DNA from: Candidatus Microgenomates bacterium
GTDB taxonomy: Bacteria > Patescibacteriota > Microgenomatia > JACQLA01
DNA length: 64,000 nucleotides
Reading direction: 5' to 3'
Assembly (NCBI GenBank): GCA_016204255.1
Contig: JACQLA010000005.1
Span: forward strand, 132,339 to 196,338
Part shown: one piece after another, positions 1 to 10,079 of the stretch
How positions within the stretch are numbered: position 1 is the first letter of the stretch
Layout of the letters: every line of letters begins with the position of its first letter
Notes under the pieces: generated by a model
Seen by the model: only the letters and a program-made list of their open reading frames with translations
The model's database searches: none
Told to the model about the DNA's origin: nothing
Program-made: the position numbers and the translations under genes

Positions 1-32
1 CGCGATCATCTTCGACAAATGTAAAATTTTCG

Positions 33-320
33 GTGTCGCCATTGTTTGTTGGTGAGAAAATGATTCGACTTTCATTTGCGGATGAATTTAAAAAGCGAGC
101 GGAAAAAGAGGGTTTTGAATTTTTAGGAATTTATGAGCAGAATTTGTTAGCTGAGCTAAATACTATCTGTAAACCAGGTTACGCTACAAAAATTACTAAT
201 CATCCCGGTTTACGTGGCTTTGTCCAAAGCCTTATCCACCAAGGTGAAAAAGTTAGTGGTGATGAGATAATTGAGCGACTTATTCTTAGTTCCTGGATGC
301 CCAAAACTAAACGAAAGTAA
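33..320 (+). CDS. hypothetical protein (95 aa)
   Basis: ORF-track frame only; no motif recognised. Confidence 0.3.
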   Translation: MSPLFVGEKMIRLSFADEFKKRAEKEGFEFLGIYEQNLLAELNTICKPGYATKITNHPGLRGFVQSLIHQGEKVSGDEIIERLILSSWMPKTKRK

Positions 321-328
321 TAGTAAAT

Positions 329-1159
329 TTACGGGCAATTTTGGGCGCGGCGCCAGCCGGCAGTCAGTGCCTCATCCTCCGAACAAAACCACCTCTCCCC
401 TTTTTCTTCAGAAATTACAGTTTTTGACCAGTATGGACAACTTGGAAGATGATAAATTTTTTCGCCCGAAGAAGAAATGTTGCCTTTAATTTGACACTCG
501 CCTATCGTTTCCGTTTTTCCACCTCCGCCGCATGCCGACCATAGTCCCCTTCCATTTTCCCTAGCTTCTTGTTCGGCCTGCCGTAATTGATCTTGATACT
601 TAATATCCGGTGGATAAGATGAGGCGTGGGCAAAACCCTGGCGGACAAGATAATCATTTATAAAAAGATCGTCGATGTAGATATACCGCAGCAGTCTCCC
701 ATATTTATCGGTCTCGGAAATATCTTTTTCCAGCTCAACATCTTTTCCTAAAACCAGTTCATTATTTTTATTAGATGCTTCCCGACCAAAACATTGGATA
801 CTCTTTCTTGGGTCAACTGTTTCCGGGGTGTCAATGCCGATATAGCGCACTCTGTTGCCATCCGAGAGCTCAATGGTGTCGCCATCAATTACCCGCGCCA
901 CCTGAGCTTTTTGACGTTGGGCAGAAAGAGAAAAAGACGAAGACTTCGTAGGTGTCAACGTAGGCGTGGGAGAAATAATTCTCGCCTCTTTCCCCGACCT
1001 CGAAGAAGCTTGTTTACCTCCCCTATCCTTTACCAAAAGTGAAAAACCGAGCAAAGAAAGAATAAGGATTAAAATAATACCAAAATACTTAGGCATTTCC
1101 CCCGTTTTGATCCAAATCACTGATTTAGCTCTCGTTTTTTGCTTTAGCTTTTTTGGCAA
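329..1159 (-). CDS. membrane-anchored thermonuclease (staphylococcal nuclease / SNase-like)
   Basis: N-terminal TM helix (YFGIILILILSLLGF). SNase core strings VIDGDTIEL..VRYIGIDTPE and DKYGRLLRYIY. Cys-containing C-terminal tail. An alternative start at 1096 (MPKYFG) would remove the overlap with the upstream gene. Confidence 0.8.
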   Translation of the reverse strand: MPKKLKQKTRAKSVIWIKTGEMPKYFGIILILILSLLGFSLLVKDRGGKQASSRSGKEARIISPTPTLTPTKSSSFSLSAQRQKAQVARVIDGDTIELSDGNRVRYIGIDTPETVDPRKSIQCFGREASNKNNELVLGKDVELEKDISETDKYGRLLRYIYIDDLFINDYLVRQGFAHASSYPPDIKYQDQLRQAEQEARENGRGLWSACGGGGKTETIGECQIKGNISSSGEKIYHLPSCPYWSKTVISEEKGERWFCSEDEALTAGWRRAQNCP

Positions 1160-1346
1160 AACAGCAAAGATAAATTATTTCCAAAATCCCGACTGTATTG
1201 ACAACTAAAATAACGATAAACCAGTTTTTTTGTTTTTGTCTGGCGGACTTCCATAGCGCCATTCCCTTCCAAACCAGAGACCAAACAATCAATATAAAAA
1301 GCAGCCATGGTGGAATATTGAAAAATTCGAAGGGCGTCAAACCCAT
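1125..1346 (-). CDS. small two-TM membrane protein (73 aa)
   Basis: Two hydrophobic helices with a basic tail; co-oriented with the nuclease gene. Confidence 0.45.
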   Translation of the reverse strand: MGLTPFEFFNIPPWLLFILIVWSLVWKGMALWKSARQKQKNWFIVILVVNTVGILEIIYLCCFAKKAKAKNES

Positions 1347-1498
1347 AATCTCTCACCGCCTTTGCCCCGATTGAATCGGGGTTTGGTCCGCCAAGAATCA
1401 TTTTATCTACCAGTCCTCGAGATTTTAAAGGTTTACTAAGATTCGACGGACATCCTATTTTATTGTACACCTTTTCTAAAATTTGTTAAAATTAGTCC

Positions 1499-2032
1499 AT
1501 GCCGTTTCCTTTTTTCCCGCATTTTAACCGAATTATTTCCGCAGGTTTTTTAAAAAACCTTTTAAATTGTGGGTTTTTAGCTTTAGTAGCCGGGTTTTTT
1601 GTCTCTAATTTTTTTTCTCTTCTAGTTCCTCTCTCTTCTTTCCAAAAAGCAAATCTTGCAGTTTTAAAAAGCTACAGCCAGTCGCAGGTTCATTTAAATC
1701 TTGCGGAAGAATATCTCATGGCTTTTGATTTAGACAATGCCCGCCGGGAACTGATCCTTGGCCTTGCCAATAACCCGACGGATAATAAATTACAAACGGC
1801 GTTTTTAAGAGTGGAGAATTTAATTAACCAGCCGGAACAGACGACGGCGGCAACTGAGGAATGGGAAAAAGTTAGTCGAGACTATCCCGACTTCCGGGAC
1901 GCCTATCTTAGACTTAGCCAGCTTTATTTCCAGCTGCACCAAAATGAGAAAGCAAAGAAAAATTTGGAGAAGGCCTTGGAAATTGATCCCAACTTTGATC
2001 CGGCAAAAGAGATGAAAAAAATTATTAGGTAA
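1499..2032 (+). CDS. TPR-repeat protein with N-terminal membrane anchor
   Basis: TPR-like repeats (AYLRLSQLYFQLHQNEKAKKNLEKALEIDPNF) after a hydrophobic N-terminus. Confidence 0.6.
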   Translation: MPFPFFPHFNRIISAGFLKNLLNCGFLALVAGFFVSNFFSLLVPLSSFQKANLAVLKSYSQSQVHLNLAEEYLMAFDLDNARRELILGLANNPTDNKLQTAFLRVENLINQPEQTTAATEEWEKVSRDYPDFRDAYLRLSQLYFQLHQNEKAKKNLEKALEIDPNFDPAKEMKKIIR

Positions 2033-2282
2033 GTCTCTTGTTTTTTTCGTCGAGAAGTTCTTGCTCAGTAACTACTACCAGTTGAACCCGATTTTTCTTG
2101 GAGCTTGTCAGGGCATCGTCCACTCGACTTTTTAACCAATCTCTATCCTTATCGTTTGGTTGATAGTTAAGCGGCAAAACGACAACTTGCTCAGCACTGC
2201 GCCGCTTGATTTGATCGACATAGCGATGAGCCAAAACGACTTGCTGAGATTCAAGCGAAGTAAAATGCTCTTTAGGAGACAT
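2025..2282 (-). CDS. hypothetical protein (85 aa), downstream of rplY in the same orientation
   Basis: ORF abuts the rplY stop (2286) with a 3-nt gap; no motif recognised. Confidence 0.4.
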   Translation of the reverse strand: MSPKEHFTSLESQQVVLAHRYVDQIKRRSAEQVVVLPLNYQPNDKDRDWLKSRVDDALTSSKKNRVQLVVVTEQELLDEKNKRLT

Positions 2283-2285
2283 GTT

Positions 2286-2990
2286 TTACTCTTTAGTTTT
2301 TTCTGGAGCGCCTTCTTTGGGAAACTCCTCCCCTGGGGCCTCTTCGGCGGCTGGCGCTTCTCCGGCTGTTTCTGCAGCTTGGGCGGCGGCTTCTTCCTCT
2401 TCTTTCTTAATCTCAGCTTCCATCTCGGCGGTAACCAACGCCCCGATTTTACAAATCCCCAGTGTCCCATCTGTTAAAATAGCAACACCGGCGGGGGCCT
2501 TTAGATCTTCAACTTTAATTTCCTGATCAACGTCGACTAAATTGGTTATGTCGACTTGAAAATTTTCAGGCAAGTCAGTGGGGAGAGCTTCAATTTCAAT
2601 TTCAGTTAAGGTCTGCAGCAAAACACCTTTTTTATCTTTAACGGCCAGCGCCTCGCCAACAATTTCTATCGGAACCATGCTTTTAACTTTTTCTTTAAGG
2701 TCAACCTGATAAAAATCGGCGTGGAGAACTAACCCACTAATAGGATCGCGTTGCAGATTATGGATCAAAACCGGACGAGATTTTTCCTCACCGACCAATG
2801 TAAGTTCGACCAAACCGGTCTCCCCGGCTTCTTTGAAAAGTTTTTCAAAATCTAAGCCCGGCAGTTGCAGGGATTCCGATTTAATGCTTTTTCCGTAAAG
2901 ATTAGCCGGCAAAACCCCTTGCTTTCTTAAGTTTTTAACTTTTTTACCCAGAGTCTTGCGTTTTTCTGCTTGAAGTTTATATTTTTTCAT
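2286..2990 (-). CDS. rplY: 50S ribosomal protein L25 / general stress protein Ctc, with acidic low-complexity tail
   Basis: N-terminus MKKYKLQAEKRKTLGKKVKNLRKQGVLPANLYG is typical of L25/Ctc; two-domain length; E/A-rich C-terminal tail. Confidence 0.85.
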   Translation of the reverse strand: MKKYKLQAEKRKTLGKKVKNLRKQGVLPANLYGKSIKSESLQLPGLDFEKLFKEAGETGLVELTLVGEEKSRPVLIHNLQRDPISGLVLHADFYQVDLKEKVKSMVPIEIVGEALAVKDKKGVLLQTLTEIEIEALPTDLPENFQVDITNLVDVDQEIKVEDLKAPAGVAILTDGTLGICKIGALVTAEMEAEIKKEEEEAAAQAAETAGEAPAAEEAPGEEFPKEGAPEKTKE

Positions 2991-5737
2991 TTTTGAAAAT
3001 CCACCTTTATTTTTTGATCAGCTGAAAGAAGATATAAGTTCTTCAGCTTGTATAACGTGTCCTTATACGACGTCGGGGGACTTGTATAATCCCCTTTCCG
3101 GGAATTATACTCTAAGTCATCTTGTGGCGTCAAGGCAGGAGCCGATCCCATTTTTTTCCAAGAATTGGGATAAGCTAAGACCAGCGAAGCCGGGTCGCCT
3201 TGAATTCCGGGTTGTTTTTGAATGAGGAAATTATATTGAAATTTTTCCGGCAGAAAAATTTTTCCAGGAACATTATAGCTCACCGCGATTTCTTTTTTTC
3301 CTTTACTGGGCACTTCGAAGTAAAAACCAAAAATTGTCTTCCCGGAAGCGGTAGCGATATCAGCGCTTTTGGTAGCCACACCATCGATTGTCAGACTATT
3401 TAGCATTGCCCCCTCGGGGGTATAGACTCGTAAATAGTTTTTATAAGCTCCGCCCATAAGAACCACGTCTTCGCTTTCGTTTCGGTATTTAAGAATCAGG
3501 TCGTGGTTGATCTGCCCGTCCTCGCCGATTTCTATCTGATCCTCGATTTGCTTTTTAACTTTGTTTCCGATTTTGTTCATTCCTAAATTAGCCTCAACAA
3601 TCTGCTGATAATCTCCTAGGCAGTTATCCAAACCACGGCAAGGAGTTTCTCCTATTCGCCCATCCCAGCCATTTTGTAAAACCAAATCTTCAATCCGAGA
3701 ATCAGCGAAATAAATTAAAAGATGGCCCTCATTTAAGGACTTGGTCAAGGCTTGTACTAAGGGCTTGGCGTTTTCGGTTTTTTGATCTTTAGCTTTCAAA
3801 ATAATTTGTCGAGCCAAATCGTTTAAAAAATTTCTTTTTTGGGTTGACCCGGGGAAGAAATTTTCCTGAGCGTGTCTTTCGGCAATTTCAAAAAGATTCT
3901 GGCTCGTAACAGTTTCCTGGTAGTCAGGCAGGTTTATCGGCCCCAAAACCGAGAGTAGATTTTGAGCCAAATTTAGATCAATTGCGATTACACCTTCGGT
4001 CTTGACACCCATTTCTTTTTCCAGAAACCACTGAGCTTTTTGAGCGCTTTGCGGAAAATCCGGATCCCAGTTTGAGTCTCGCAAAAACCAATGAATCTCG
4101 CCCAGATATTTTTTGATTGGCGCAGGCGGCTCAACATGTCCTCGTAACTGTCCATCCGCGGTATAAACGTCTTCAATTTTTAAATCCATGCGGCCTTTTT
4201 CAAAGGTAAAAAGACCGTAGGAACCGATGAATCCGCCTGTTGGTCTCAATTCCATATTGTTTTGTAAAAGTAAAAGATAGGTTTGTTTTTCCTCGGCGCC
4301 AATCAACTGGGGTAAAACTGCAAACCATCCTTTTCCAATACTTACAGCCCGTCGATATTTAGCAAGCTTCTCCCCGATTTGAGGCGACTGGGCGGCGGCT
4401 TGGGACCAAAGATCTTGAGCGGATTGAAGTCTTGTCTGTGCTTCTTTTATCTGTATGGAGTCGATCGCTTCCTCACCCATCAAAGTCCGACTGATTTTCT
4501 CCAAAATAACCCGGGTTTGAGCAAGCTCTTCAACACCGCCGGCAACATTTTCGCCAGCATCAAACTGACCCTGCCACAGGCCGAGGATTTTCTCCTGACG
4601 AGTCAGCTTAAACAACCACGCGATCTCCGTAAGTTTCTCGCCCCCTGCTTGAAAATGGAAACGGGCGTTTTTGGCTTGGGCAATTATTTTGGACGATGGG
4701 GCGGAAAAGAAGTTTTTTTCGACTCCCGAAAGATCCCGCTTGGCCCAAACGACATCCCAAAAAATCGATAACGCGGGAAAAAAGAGAGCAAGCAGTATTA
4801 GAAGTCCAAGAAAAAGATTTCTAAAAAATTTTGAGGGAGAAGTAGCCGACCTTATCAAATCGCTTTTTAATTCACGGGCCTCCGTTTTCGCCGTGACCGT
4901 TGGAATCTCGCGTGAAAACGAACCAACCGTTCCCTCAATTCCCCGCTCGATATGCGTCTGCGGTTGCCAACCGATTTCCTGTTGTGCCTTTTCCCCGTTT
5001 AGGATTTCCGATTCCCGCGATTTTTCCGGTTTAACAAATTCAATCTTTATCTTTTGGGGTGAGTTTTTTTGTAAGAGGTGGACAAAATCTAGAATACTTA
5101 TTGGCTGCCCGGCCAAATCGTAGTTTTTGCCTTTTATCCCCGGGGTTAATAAAACCTTAATAACTCCCGCGATGGCGTCTGCAATAAACAATGGAAAAAG
5201 ACTGTCTAGACCCTCCCCTGCAATCTCAATCTCTCCGCCCATTTTAGTCGCGTTAAATAGATCAGCAATTTGTGTGTCCTCCTCAAAATCCATCCCGGGC
5301 CCGTAAAGATCACCTAGCCTAACCAACCGATAGTCGCCCAAGAACGCCGGGGCCTTCATGTCGCCCACCGTTTTTCCCCGCCGCTGTATTAATAAAATCC
5401 GGGCGCTTTTTTGGGCCGCAAATTCAAGTAGTTTTGGGGTAAAAGTTTTTAATTCGAGACTTGATAAATCCCCGAAAAAAATAACATAGTTAAGTTGCTT
5501 AATTATATCCAGCGACTTAGATAAAGGATCGGGCAAAAGGGTAAGATTGGACCTCCCCATAATCTCATCGAGATTCTGTTTCCCGCGCTTGAATTGACCG
5601 TAAAAAATGCGGCAATTTTTCTCAAGTAAGTGTCGACAAAGGAGTCGCTCAAAAAAACTTCCGCCACCGATAACTAAAACGCTGGGAAGATCTTCCTCTG
5701 AAGGGGTGCTTTTAAACGAATGGCTGGTTTTCTCCAT
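2987..5737 (-). CDS. fusion protein: N-terminal Rossmann/NAD-epimerase-like domain, TM helix, large DUF4012-like extracytoplasmic domain
   Basis: N-terminal VLVIGGGSFFERLL glycine-rich loop. TM segment FLGLLILLALFFPALSIFW around residue 310. Long C-terminal region resembles DUF4012 proteins common in CPR genomes (from memory, not searched). Confidence 0.55.
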   Translation of the reverse strand: MEKTSHSFKSTPSEEDLPSVLVIGGGSFFERLLCRHLLEKNCRIFYGQFKRGKQNLDEIMGRSNLTLLPDPLSKSLDIIKQLNYVIFFGDLSSLELKTFTPKLLEFAAQKSARILLIQRRGKTVGDMKAPAFLGDYRLVRLGDLYGPGMDFEEDTQIADLFNATKMGGEIEIAGEGLDSLFPLFIADAIAGVIKVLLTPGIKGKNYDLAGQPISILDFVHLLQKNSPQKIKIEFVKPEKSRESEILNGEKAQQEIGWQPQTHIERGIEGTVGSFSREIPTVTAKTEARELKSDLIRSATSPSKFFRNLFLGLLILLALFFPALSIFWDVVWAKRDLSGVEKNFFSAPSSKIIAQAKNARFHFQAGGEKLTEIAWLFKLTRQEKILGLWQGQFDAGENVAGGVEELAQTRVILEKISRTLMGEEAIDSIQIKEAQTRLQSAQDLWSQAAAQSPQIGEKLAKYRRAVSIGKGWFAVLPQLIGAEEKQTYLLLLQNNMELRPTGGFIGSYGLFTFEKGRMDLKIEDVYTADGQLRGHVEPPAPIKKYLGEIHWFLRDSNWDPDFPQSAQKAQWFLEKEMGVKTEGVIAIDLNLAQNLLSVLGPINLPDYQETVTSQNLFEIAERHAQENFFPGSTQKRNFLNDLARQIILKAKDQKTENAKPLVQALTKSLNEGHLLIYFADSRIEDLVLQNGWDGRIGETPCRGLDNCLGDYQQIVEANLGMNKIGNKVKKQIEDQIEIGEDGQINHDLILKYRNESEDVVLMGGAYKNYLRVYTPEGAMLNSLTIDGVATKSADIATASGKTIFGFYFEVPSKGKKEIAVSYNVPGKIFLPEKFQYNFLIQKQPGIQGDPASLVLAYPNSWKKMGSAPALTPQDDLEYNSRKGDYTSPPTSYKDTLYKLKNLYLLSADQKIKVDFQK

Positions 5738-5820
5738 AGCCTTTATTTTACGTAAAAATGCCGCAGTAAGGCAAGAGATCGTAGTAATACAAAAGGGGCT
5801 AATTCCCGCAATAGGGATAG

Positions 5821-6240
5821 CTAATCGGCATCCAAAGCTTGATTGACTAGGGCATCGGCCTGGAAATTTTTTTCCCGGGGGATGTAATGGTAATTAATTT
5901 CTCCCTTGGCATCAATTTCCGCGGCCTTTGCTTGCAACAATAATTCCCGAAGGTGCGCGCTTTTTACCTTAAAAAGACCGTTGAGCTGAAAAACTACAAG
6001 CTGCGAGTCAATGTAAAAATTGGCAGTTATTAAGTGGGTACCGGTTAGTGTTTTCAGCCATTCCAGCGCTTTAACCACCGCAGTATATTCGGCCACATTA
6101 TTAGTCGTCTCACCGATTTTCTCGTTCTTTTGGGTGATAACCTCATTCTTTTCATTATAGGCAATAAATGCCCAAGCCGCCGGCCCGGGATTTCCTCTTG
6201 CCCCCCCATCACAAAAAATTTTAAGATTCATCGTCTGCAT
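5821..6240 (-). CDS. rnhA: ribonuclease HI
   Basis: LKIFCDGGARGNPGPAAWAF, ..TNNVAEYTAVVKALEW.., ..YIDSQLVV.. and C-terminal N..AD are RNase H type-1 catalytic-site contexts. Confidence 0.8.
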   Translation of the reverse strand: MQTMNLKIFCDGGARGNPGPAAWAFIAYNEKNEVITQKNEKIGETTNNVAEYTAVVKALEWLKTLTGTHLITANFYIDSQLVVFQLNGLFKVKSAHLRELLLQAKAAEIDAKGEINYHYIPREKNFQADALVNQALDAD

Positions 6241-6290
6241 AGTTTAGCAAATAGAATAACTTCTAACAACCTCTTGTACCGACAATCAAA

Positions 6291-7547
6291 CTATTGCCGG
6301 GGGCAATTTTTTAAAAAAGCAATGACGCCAGCACCAGTAAGCACCAACACAAGAAATTCCGAAGCGCCGGTGATACCTGCGGCAGCCAGATAGCCATATC
6401 GGGGAATTAGTACAACATTCAAAATTACATTTATAAGCATTGAGAGGCCATAAAAAATGGCCAAGAGCTTTTGTTTACCCCCGGCAATCAAAACCCACAT
6501 AAAAAGGGAGGAAAGAAAAAAAGCCGGCAGGGACAGCGAAAGCACCCTTAGCGCCAGGATCGAAGAAGAAAATTCTGCCTTAATCAAGGTTAAAAGTGGT
6601 GCCGCCACAAAAATAATCACCGTGATAAGAAATGCGGCCGAAATTAAAAAGATCGTGAGTTTTTTGATTAGTGGTTTTAAGTCGCCGTCTTTGACCCGAG
6701 CCAATATTACCGGGTAAGTACTGTTCATAAAAAATGTTGCAAACGCCAACGGAAATTCAAAAAATTTGTACGCCAAGCCGTAGATTCCAACCTCAATGTT
6801 TGGCCGCAAAAACGACAGGATCATCATGTCGGCGCGGAAATAGATTAAATTAAAAATCAGCGTCAGGCCTAGTGGTAAAGTTTGCCAAAAGATTTTTTTC
6901 CAAATTTTTAACTCAAACGTTAAGTAAAGTTGTTTTAGAAAGCGCCGTGCAAAAAATAACGCCATCGTTGCCATAACCACACCCCCGGCAATATAACCGC
7001 CGATGACCAAAAAAAGAGTGGCCCCAAGAGAAATCAAAATTATAGTCCAGAGTAAAAGGAAAAGAGTCCCAGTCGAGGCGGATAAAACCGAGAGATCATA
7101 GCGCAGGTTTTTTTGGAATAAAATATTTACGGTAGTAAAGATCGCTTGGGTCACAATGGTAAAAGAGGCAATAAAAATCCCCAATTTGACAAAACTGGAA
7201 AAACCCTGGTTTTGCGATTGGTAATAAGGAAGAAAGGCCGCAATAAAAATTGCGAGTAAAACTAAAATAACGGAGGAAAAAATACGCAGACTTAAAAAGT
7301 TGGCAAATATCTTTTCTTTCTCCGCCTCGTTCTCCGAAATTTGCTTTACGGCAATGGCATTTAATCCGAAGTCGGAAATTAAATAAAAGAAGGCTACAAA
7401 AGTCATTATTTTTGTAAATTCACCGTATCCTTCGGCACCGAACTCTCGCGCGATTAAAATGGTGATCAGAAAAGTCGTACCGGCAGTGATAAAGCGGCCG
7501 AGGATTTGAACAAAAGTGTTTGTGGCAATTTTAAACTTTAGACTCAC
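6291..7547 (-). CDS. polysaccharide/oligosaccharide flippase (Wzx / MOP superfamily)
   Basis: About 12 predicted TM helices; N-terminus NTFVQILGRFITAGTTFLITILIAREFGAEGYGEF is typical of polysaccharide-biosynthesis (Wzx) proteins. Confidence 0.7.
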   Translation of the reverse strand: MSLKFKIATNTFVQILGRFITAGTTFLITILIAREFGAEGYGEFTKIMTFVAFFYLISDFGLNAIAVKQISENEAEKEKIFANFLSLRIFSSVILVLLAIFIAAFLPYYQSQNQGFSSFVKLGIFIASFTIVTQAIFTTVNILFQKNLRYDLSVLSASTGTLFLLLWTIILISLGATLFLVIGGYIAGGVVMATMALFFARRFLKQLYLTFELKIWKKIFWQTLPLGLTLIFNLIYFRADMMILSFLRPNIEVGIYGLAYKFFEFPLAFATFFMNSTYPVILARVKDGDLKPLIKKLTIFLISAAFLITVIIFVAAPLLTLIKAEFSSSILALRVLSLSLPAFFLSSLFMWVLIAGGKQKLLAIFYGLSMLINVILNVVLIPRYGYLAAAGITGASEFLVLVLTGAGVIAFLKNCPRQ

Positions 7548-7561
7548 CGTTTAATTTTACA

Positions 7562-8806
7562 TTAATTTTTAATTTCTGCCCAGGATAAGCCCAAAATCAA
7601 GGAGAATAGAAGCTGGCCTTGCTGAAGGGTATAAAAATAATGGTCAAAAAATGAAAGAAAGAAAATAACGGAAAGGGCAATTATTAAAGAGTGTTTTACG
7701 ACCAAATTACCAGCGTGTCTAAGGCGCCGGTAGGTCATAAATATAAATACTAAGAATGCGGCCAAAGTTATAAGCCCGGCTTCAGCCCCAATCATTAAAT
7801 ACAAATTGTGTGCCGGCTGGAGAAAACGCACCCGCCCACGGTCCGGATAAAAGTTGGGCAGTTCAACAAGAAAATTACCCAAGCCCACGCCAGAAAGGGG
7901 ACGTGCCTTAATCATTTCCGCGGCGACAAGATTTAAATCATTACGTCGTTGCCAGCTTTCCCGGTCGGTGGTTACAAGAGTTTCAAAACGCGCATACATC
8001 AATCCCAAACTGATAACAAATAAAAAAAGGCCGGCGACAATTAACCATTTACTTTGCTTTGCTAACCAATAAAAACCTATTGAGAATCCGGCGATCCAAG
8101 CCACTCGGCTCATTGATAAAAAAAGGGTTAAAAACCCGGCGGCCAAAGTCAGCCGGGTTAAAAGACTTTTCGTTCCTAAATAGGCCGCCAGCACCAAGAC
8201 CACGACAAGAAATCCCGCTAGGACATTGGGGTGCGAGAATGTCCCGTAGGGACGTAAGAAAAGTTCTCCGGCCAGCTCTGCCTGGGCAATCCCGGGAGTT
8301 TGGGCGGAAAAGGTTCGCTCGCCAAACAACCAAAAAAGGCTACCGATTGATTTCTGTTCTAGAAACTGTGTGCCGACTATTATCGCTTCGAAAATTACCC
8401 CGCAAAAGAGGGGAGTTAAAATTTTTTGTAAAGACAGGCGGCTTTTTATTGCTCGACTTACATAAACTCCTAAAAAAATAAATTCTCCCATTTTCAGCAA
8501 TTTCATAATGCCAGCCCATGGATTTGCAGCTTGAAAAATTCCTAAACTTAACCAGAGAAAAAATAAGAAAAGCAGTAAAAGCCAGGGTTTTCTAATATTC
8601 TTTTTAAAAAAGCTTCCGGCTTCTGAAAGGCTTAAAACTAAAAGGAAAAAAATCAAAATATCGGTAAGATAGATCGTTGGAGACAAATAGTCGATGCGTA
8701 AGCCTAAAACCTGGGTCCATTCGGGCCAAAAATGGCGGCCGAGTTGTGTGGGAAGGAAAAGTAAGATTAGCCAAAAAATTTTTTGGCGCCAAGACCTCAT
8801 TCTCAC
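7562..8806 (-). CDS. O-antigen ligase / Wzy-like polymerase family membrane protein
   Basis: Polytopic membrane protein with a central loop (SRVAWIAG...) resembling the Wzy_C region; adjacent to the flippase. Confidence 0.6.
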   Translation of the reverse strand: MRMRSWRQKIFWLILLFLPTQLGRHFWPEWTQVLGLRIDYLSPTIYLTDILIFFLLVLSLSEAGSFFKKNIRKPWLLLLFLFFLWLSLGIFQAANPWAGIMKLLKMGEFIFLGVYVSRAIKSRLSLQKILTPLFCGVIFEAIIVGTQFLEQKSIGSLFWLFGERTFSAQTPGIAQAELAGELFLRPYGTFSHPNVLAGFLVVVLVLAAYLGTKSLLTRLTLAAGFLTLFLSMSRVAWIAGFSIGFYWLAKQSKWLIVAGLFLFVISLGLMYARFETLVTTDRESWQRRNDLNLVAAEMIKARPLSGVGLGNFLVELPNFYPDRGRVRFLQPAHNLYLMIGAEAGLITLAAFLVFIFMTYRRLRHAGNLVVKHSLIIALSVIFFLSFFDHYFYTLQQGQLLFSLILGLSWAEIKN

Positions 8807-9258
8807 TTTGGTTTGATGATAAGATAGCGTTCTTCGCCTTCGCCTTGGGATTCTGTCATTACCTTAGGATGGTCTTTTAAGACTAAGTGAATAAAACGCC
8901 GTTCAGCTGAATTAAGTCGGGGGAGAGGAGTTGCTTCGCCGGAAACCTCGACTCGATCCGCGATTTTTAAGGCCATTTCTTTTAAAGATTCTTCTCGTCG
9001 CTGACGCCAATCACCAACCTCAAGCAAAACTCTAACCCACTGGTCGGTCTTTTTGTGTATAATTAGCCCCAGGATTAACTGTAAAGAAGCCAGTGTTTCT
9101 CCATGATAGCCAATTAAAATCCCTGCCTCATCAGTTTCCAGCTTAACTTTAAAACTATCCTCCTCCAACTCCTCAACTTCAAATGTTGCCGTTACTTTTA
9201 AAAGCTCTAAAAGCTTATTTGTCTCTTCTTGAACAATGGTTTTAATATCATCTGTCAT
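8803..9258 (-). CDS. jag: Jag/KhpB-like RNA-binding protein (KH + R3H domains)
   Basis: C-terminal R3H context NSAERRFIHLVLKD; sits directly downstream of yidC as in the canonical origin operon. Confidence 0.75.
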   Translation of the reverse strand: MTDDIKTIVQEETNKLLELLKVTATFEVEELEEDSFKVKLETDEAGILIGYHGETLASLQLILGLIIHKKTDQWVRVLLEVGDWRQRREESLKEMALKIADRVEVSGEATPLPRLNSAERRFIHLVLKDHPKVMTESQGEGEERYLIIKPK

Positions 9259-9266
9259 ATTTAAAA

Positions 9267-10079
9267 CTACTTTCTAAACAACACCCAGGGCGGGATCTTA
9301 AAAATAAAATACTGCTGAATTATAGCTAAAATTGTGAAAGTATTCCAGTACAAAGAAAGTCCGATGGGGAAGCTGTAGGCAAAAAAACCAAACATCAGGG
9401 GGAAAAGAAAACTCATTGGCCCCTGTGTCATTGAAGACATGATGTCTTCCATATCTTCCTTCTTCGCTTTTTTAGGGGCTTCCTTCTTGACTCCGGCCGG
9501 AACCATCGTTTTGGTCTGGACCAAGTACAAAAGCGCGGTAATCGGCGGGATTAAAAGCAGCCACCAGCCAACGGATTGCCAATCTGAAGGTTTTTCAGCC
9601 AGATTGGCGCCAAAAAAATAAAGATCCAGTTCTTGAATTTTTAATGCTGGGAAGTAAACAATTTGATTAATCTGCTCGGTAATTTCTTTTAAGTTTCCGT
9701 TACTTAAAACCTTCCAAAAAACCTGATATAAAGAGATTAAAATTGGCATTGATAAAAGAAGAGGTAGACATCCGGCAGCAGGATTTACTCCATGCTCTTT
9801 ATAAAGCTGCATCTGTGCGGCGGCTAGTTTTTGCCGGTCTTTTCCATGCTTTTCTTTGAGAGAATCGAGATGGGGCTTAAGCTCCTGCATTTTTTTAGTT
9901 GATTTTAACTGAGCGTCCGTTAGGGGATAAAGAATCAAGCGAATCAGGACAGTCAAGGAGATAATCGCCCAGCCTAAACTCCCAGCCAGGCCTAAAAAAT
10001 CAAAGCCTTTTGTTAACGCAATCAAAACGTTTAAAATCGGCCAGATAAAAATTTGGTTCCAAAATGATGGGTCGGTCAT
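9267..10079 (-). CDS. yidC: membrane protein insertase YidC (short form)
   Basis: Polytopic; strings QLKSTKKMQELKPHLDSLKEKHGKD..QKLAAAQMQLYKEHGVNPAAGCLPLLLSMPI are the YidC/Oxa1 core. Confidence 0.85.
   Translation of the reverse strand: MTDPSFWNQIFIWPILNVLIALTKGFDFLGLAGSLGWAIISLTVLIRLILYPLTDAQLKSTKKMQELKPHLDSLKEKHGKDRQKLAAAQMQLYKEHGVNPAAGCLPLLLSMPILISLYQVFWKVLSNGNLKEITEQINQIVYFPALKIQELDLYFFGANLAEKPSDWQSVGWWLLLIPPITALLYLVQTKTMVPAGVKKEAPKKAKKEDMEDIMSSMTQGPMSFLFPLMFGFFAYSFPIGLSLYWNTFTILAIIQQYFIFKIPPWVLFRK

Noticed and set aside
271-489. ORF 271-489 (plus) and ORFs 794-1208 (plus) opposite the nuclease gene
   Set aside because: They overlap the well-supported SNase-like gene on the other strand and have low-complexity basic translations.
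8049-8481. Overlapping ORFs 8049-8333 (minus) and 8059-8481 (plus) with basic, Arg/Pro-rich translations
   Set aside because: They lie wholly inside the O-antigen-ligase-like polytopic gene, which has coherent TM-helix periodicity. They are shadow frames.
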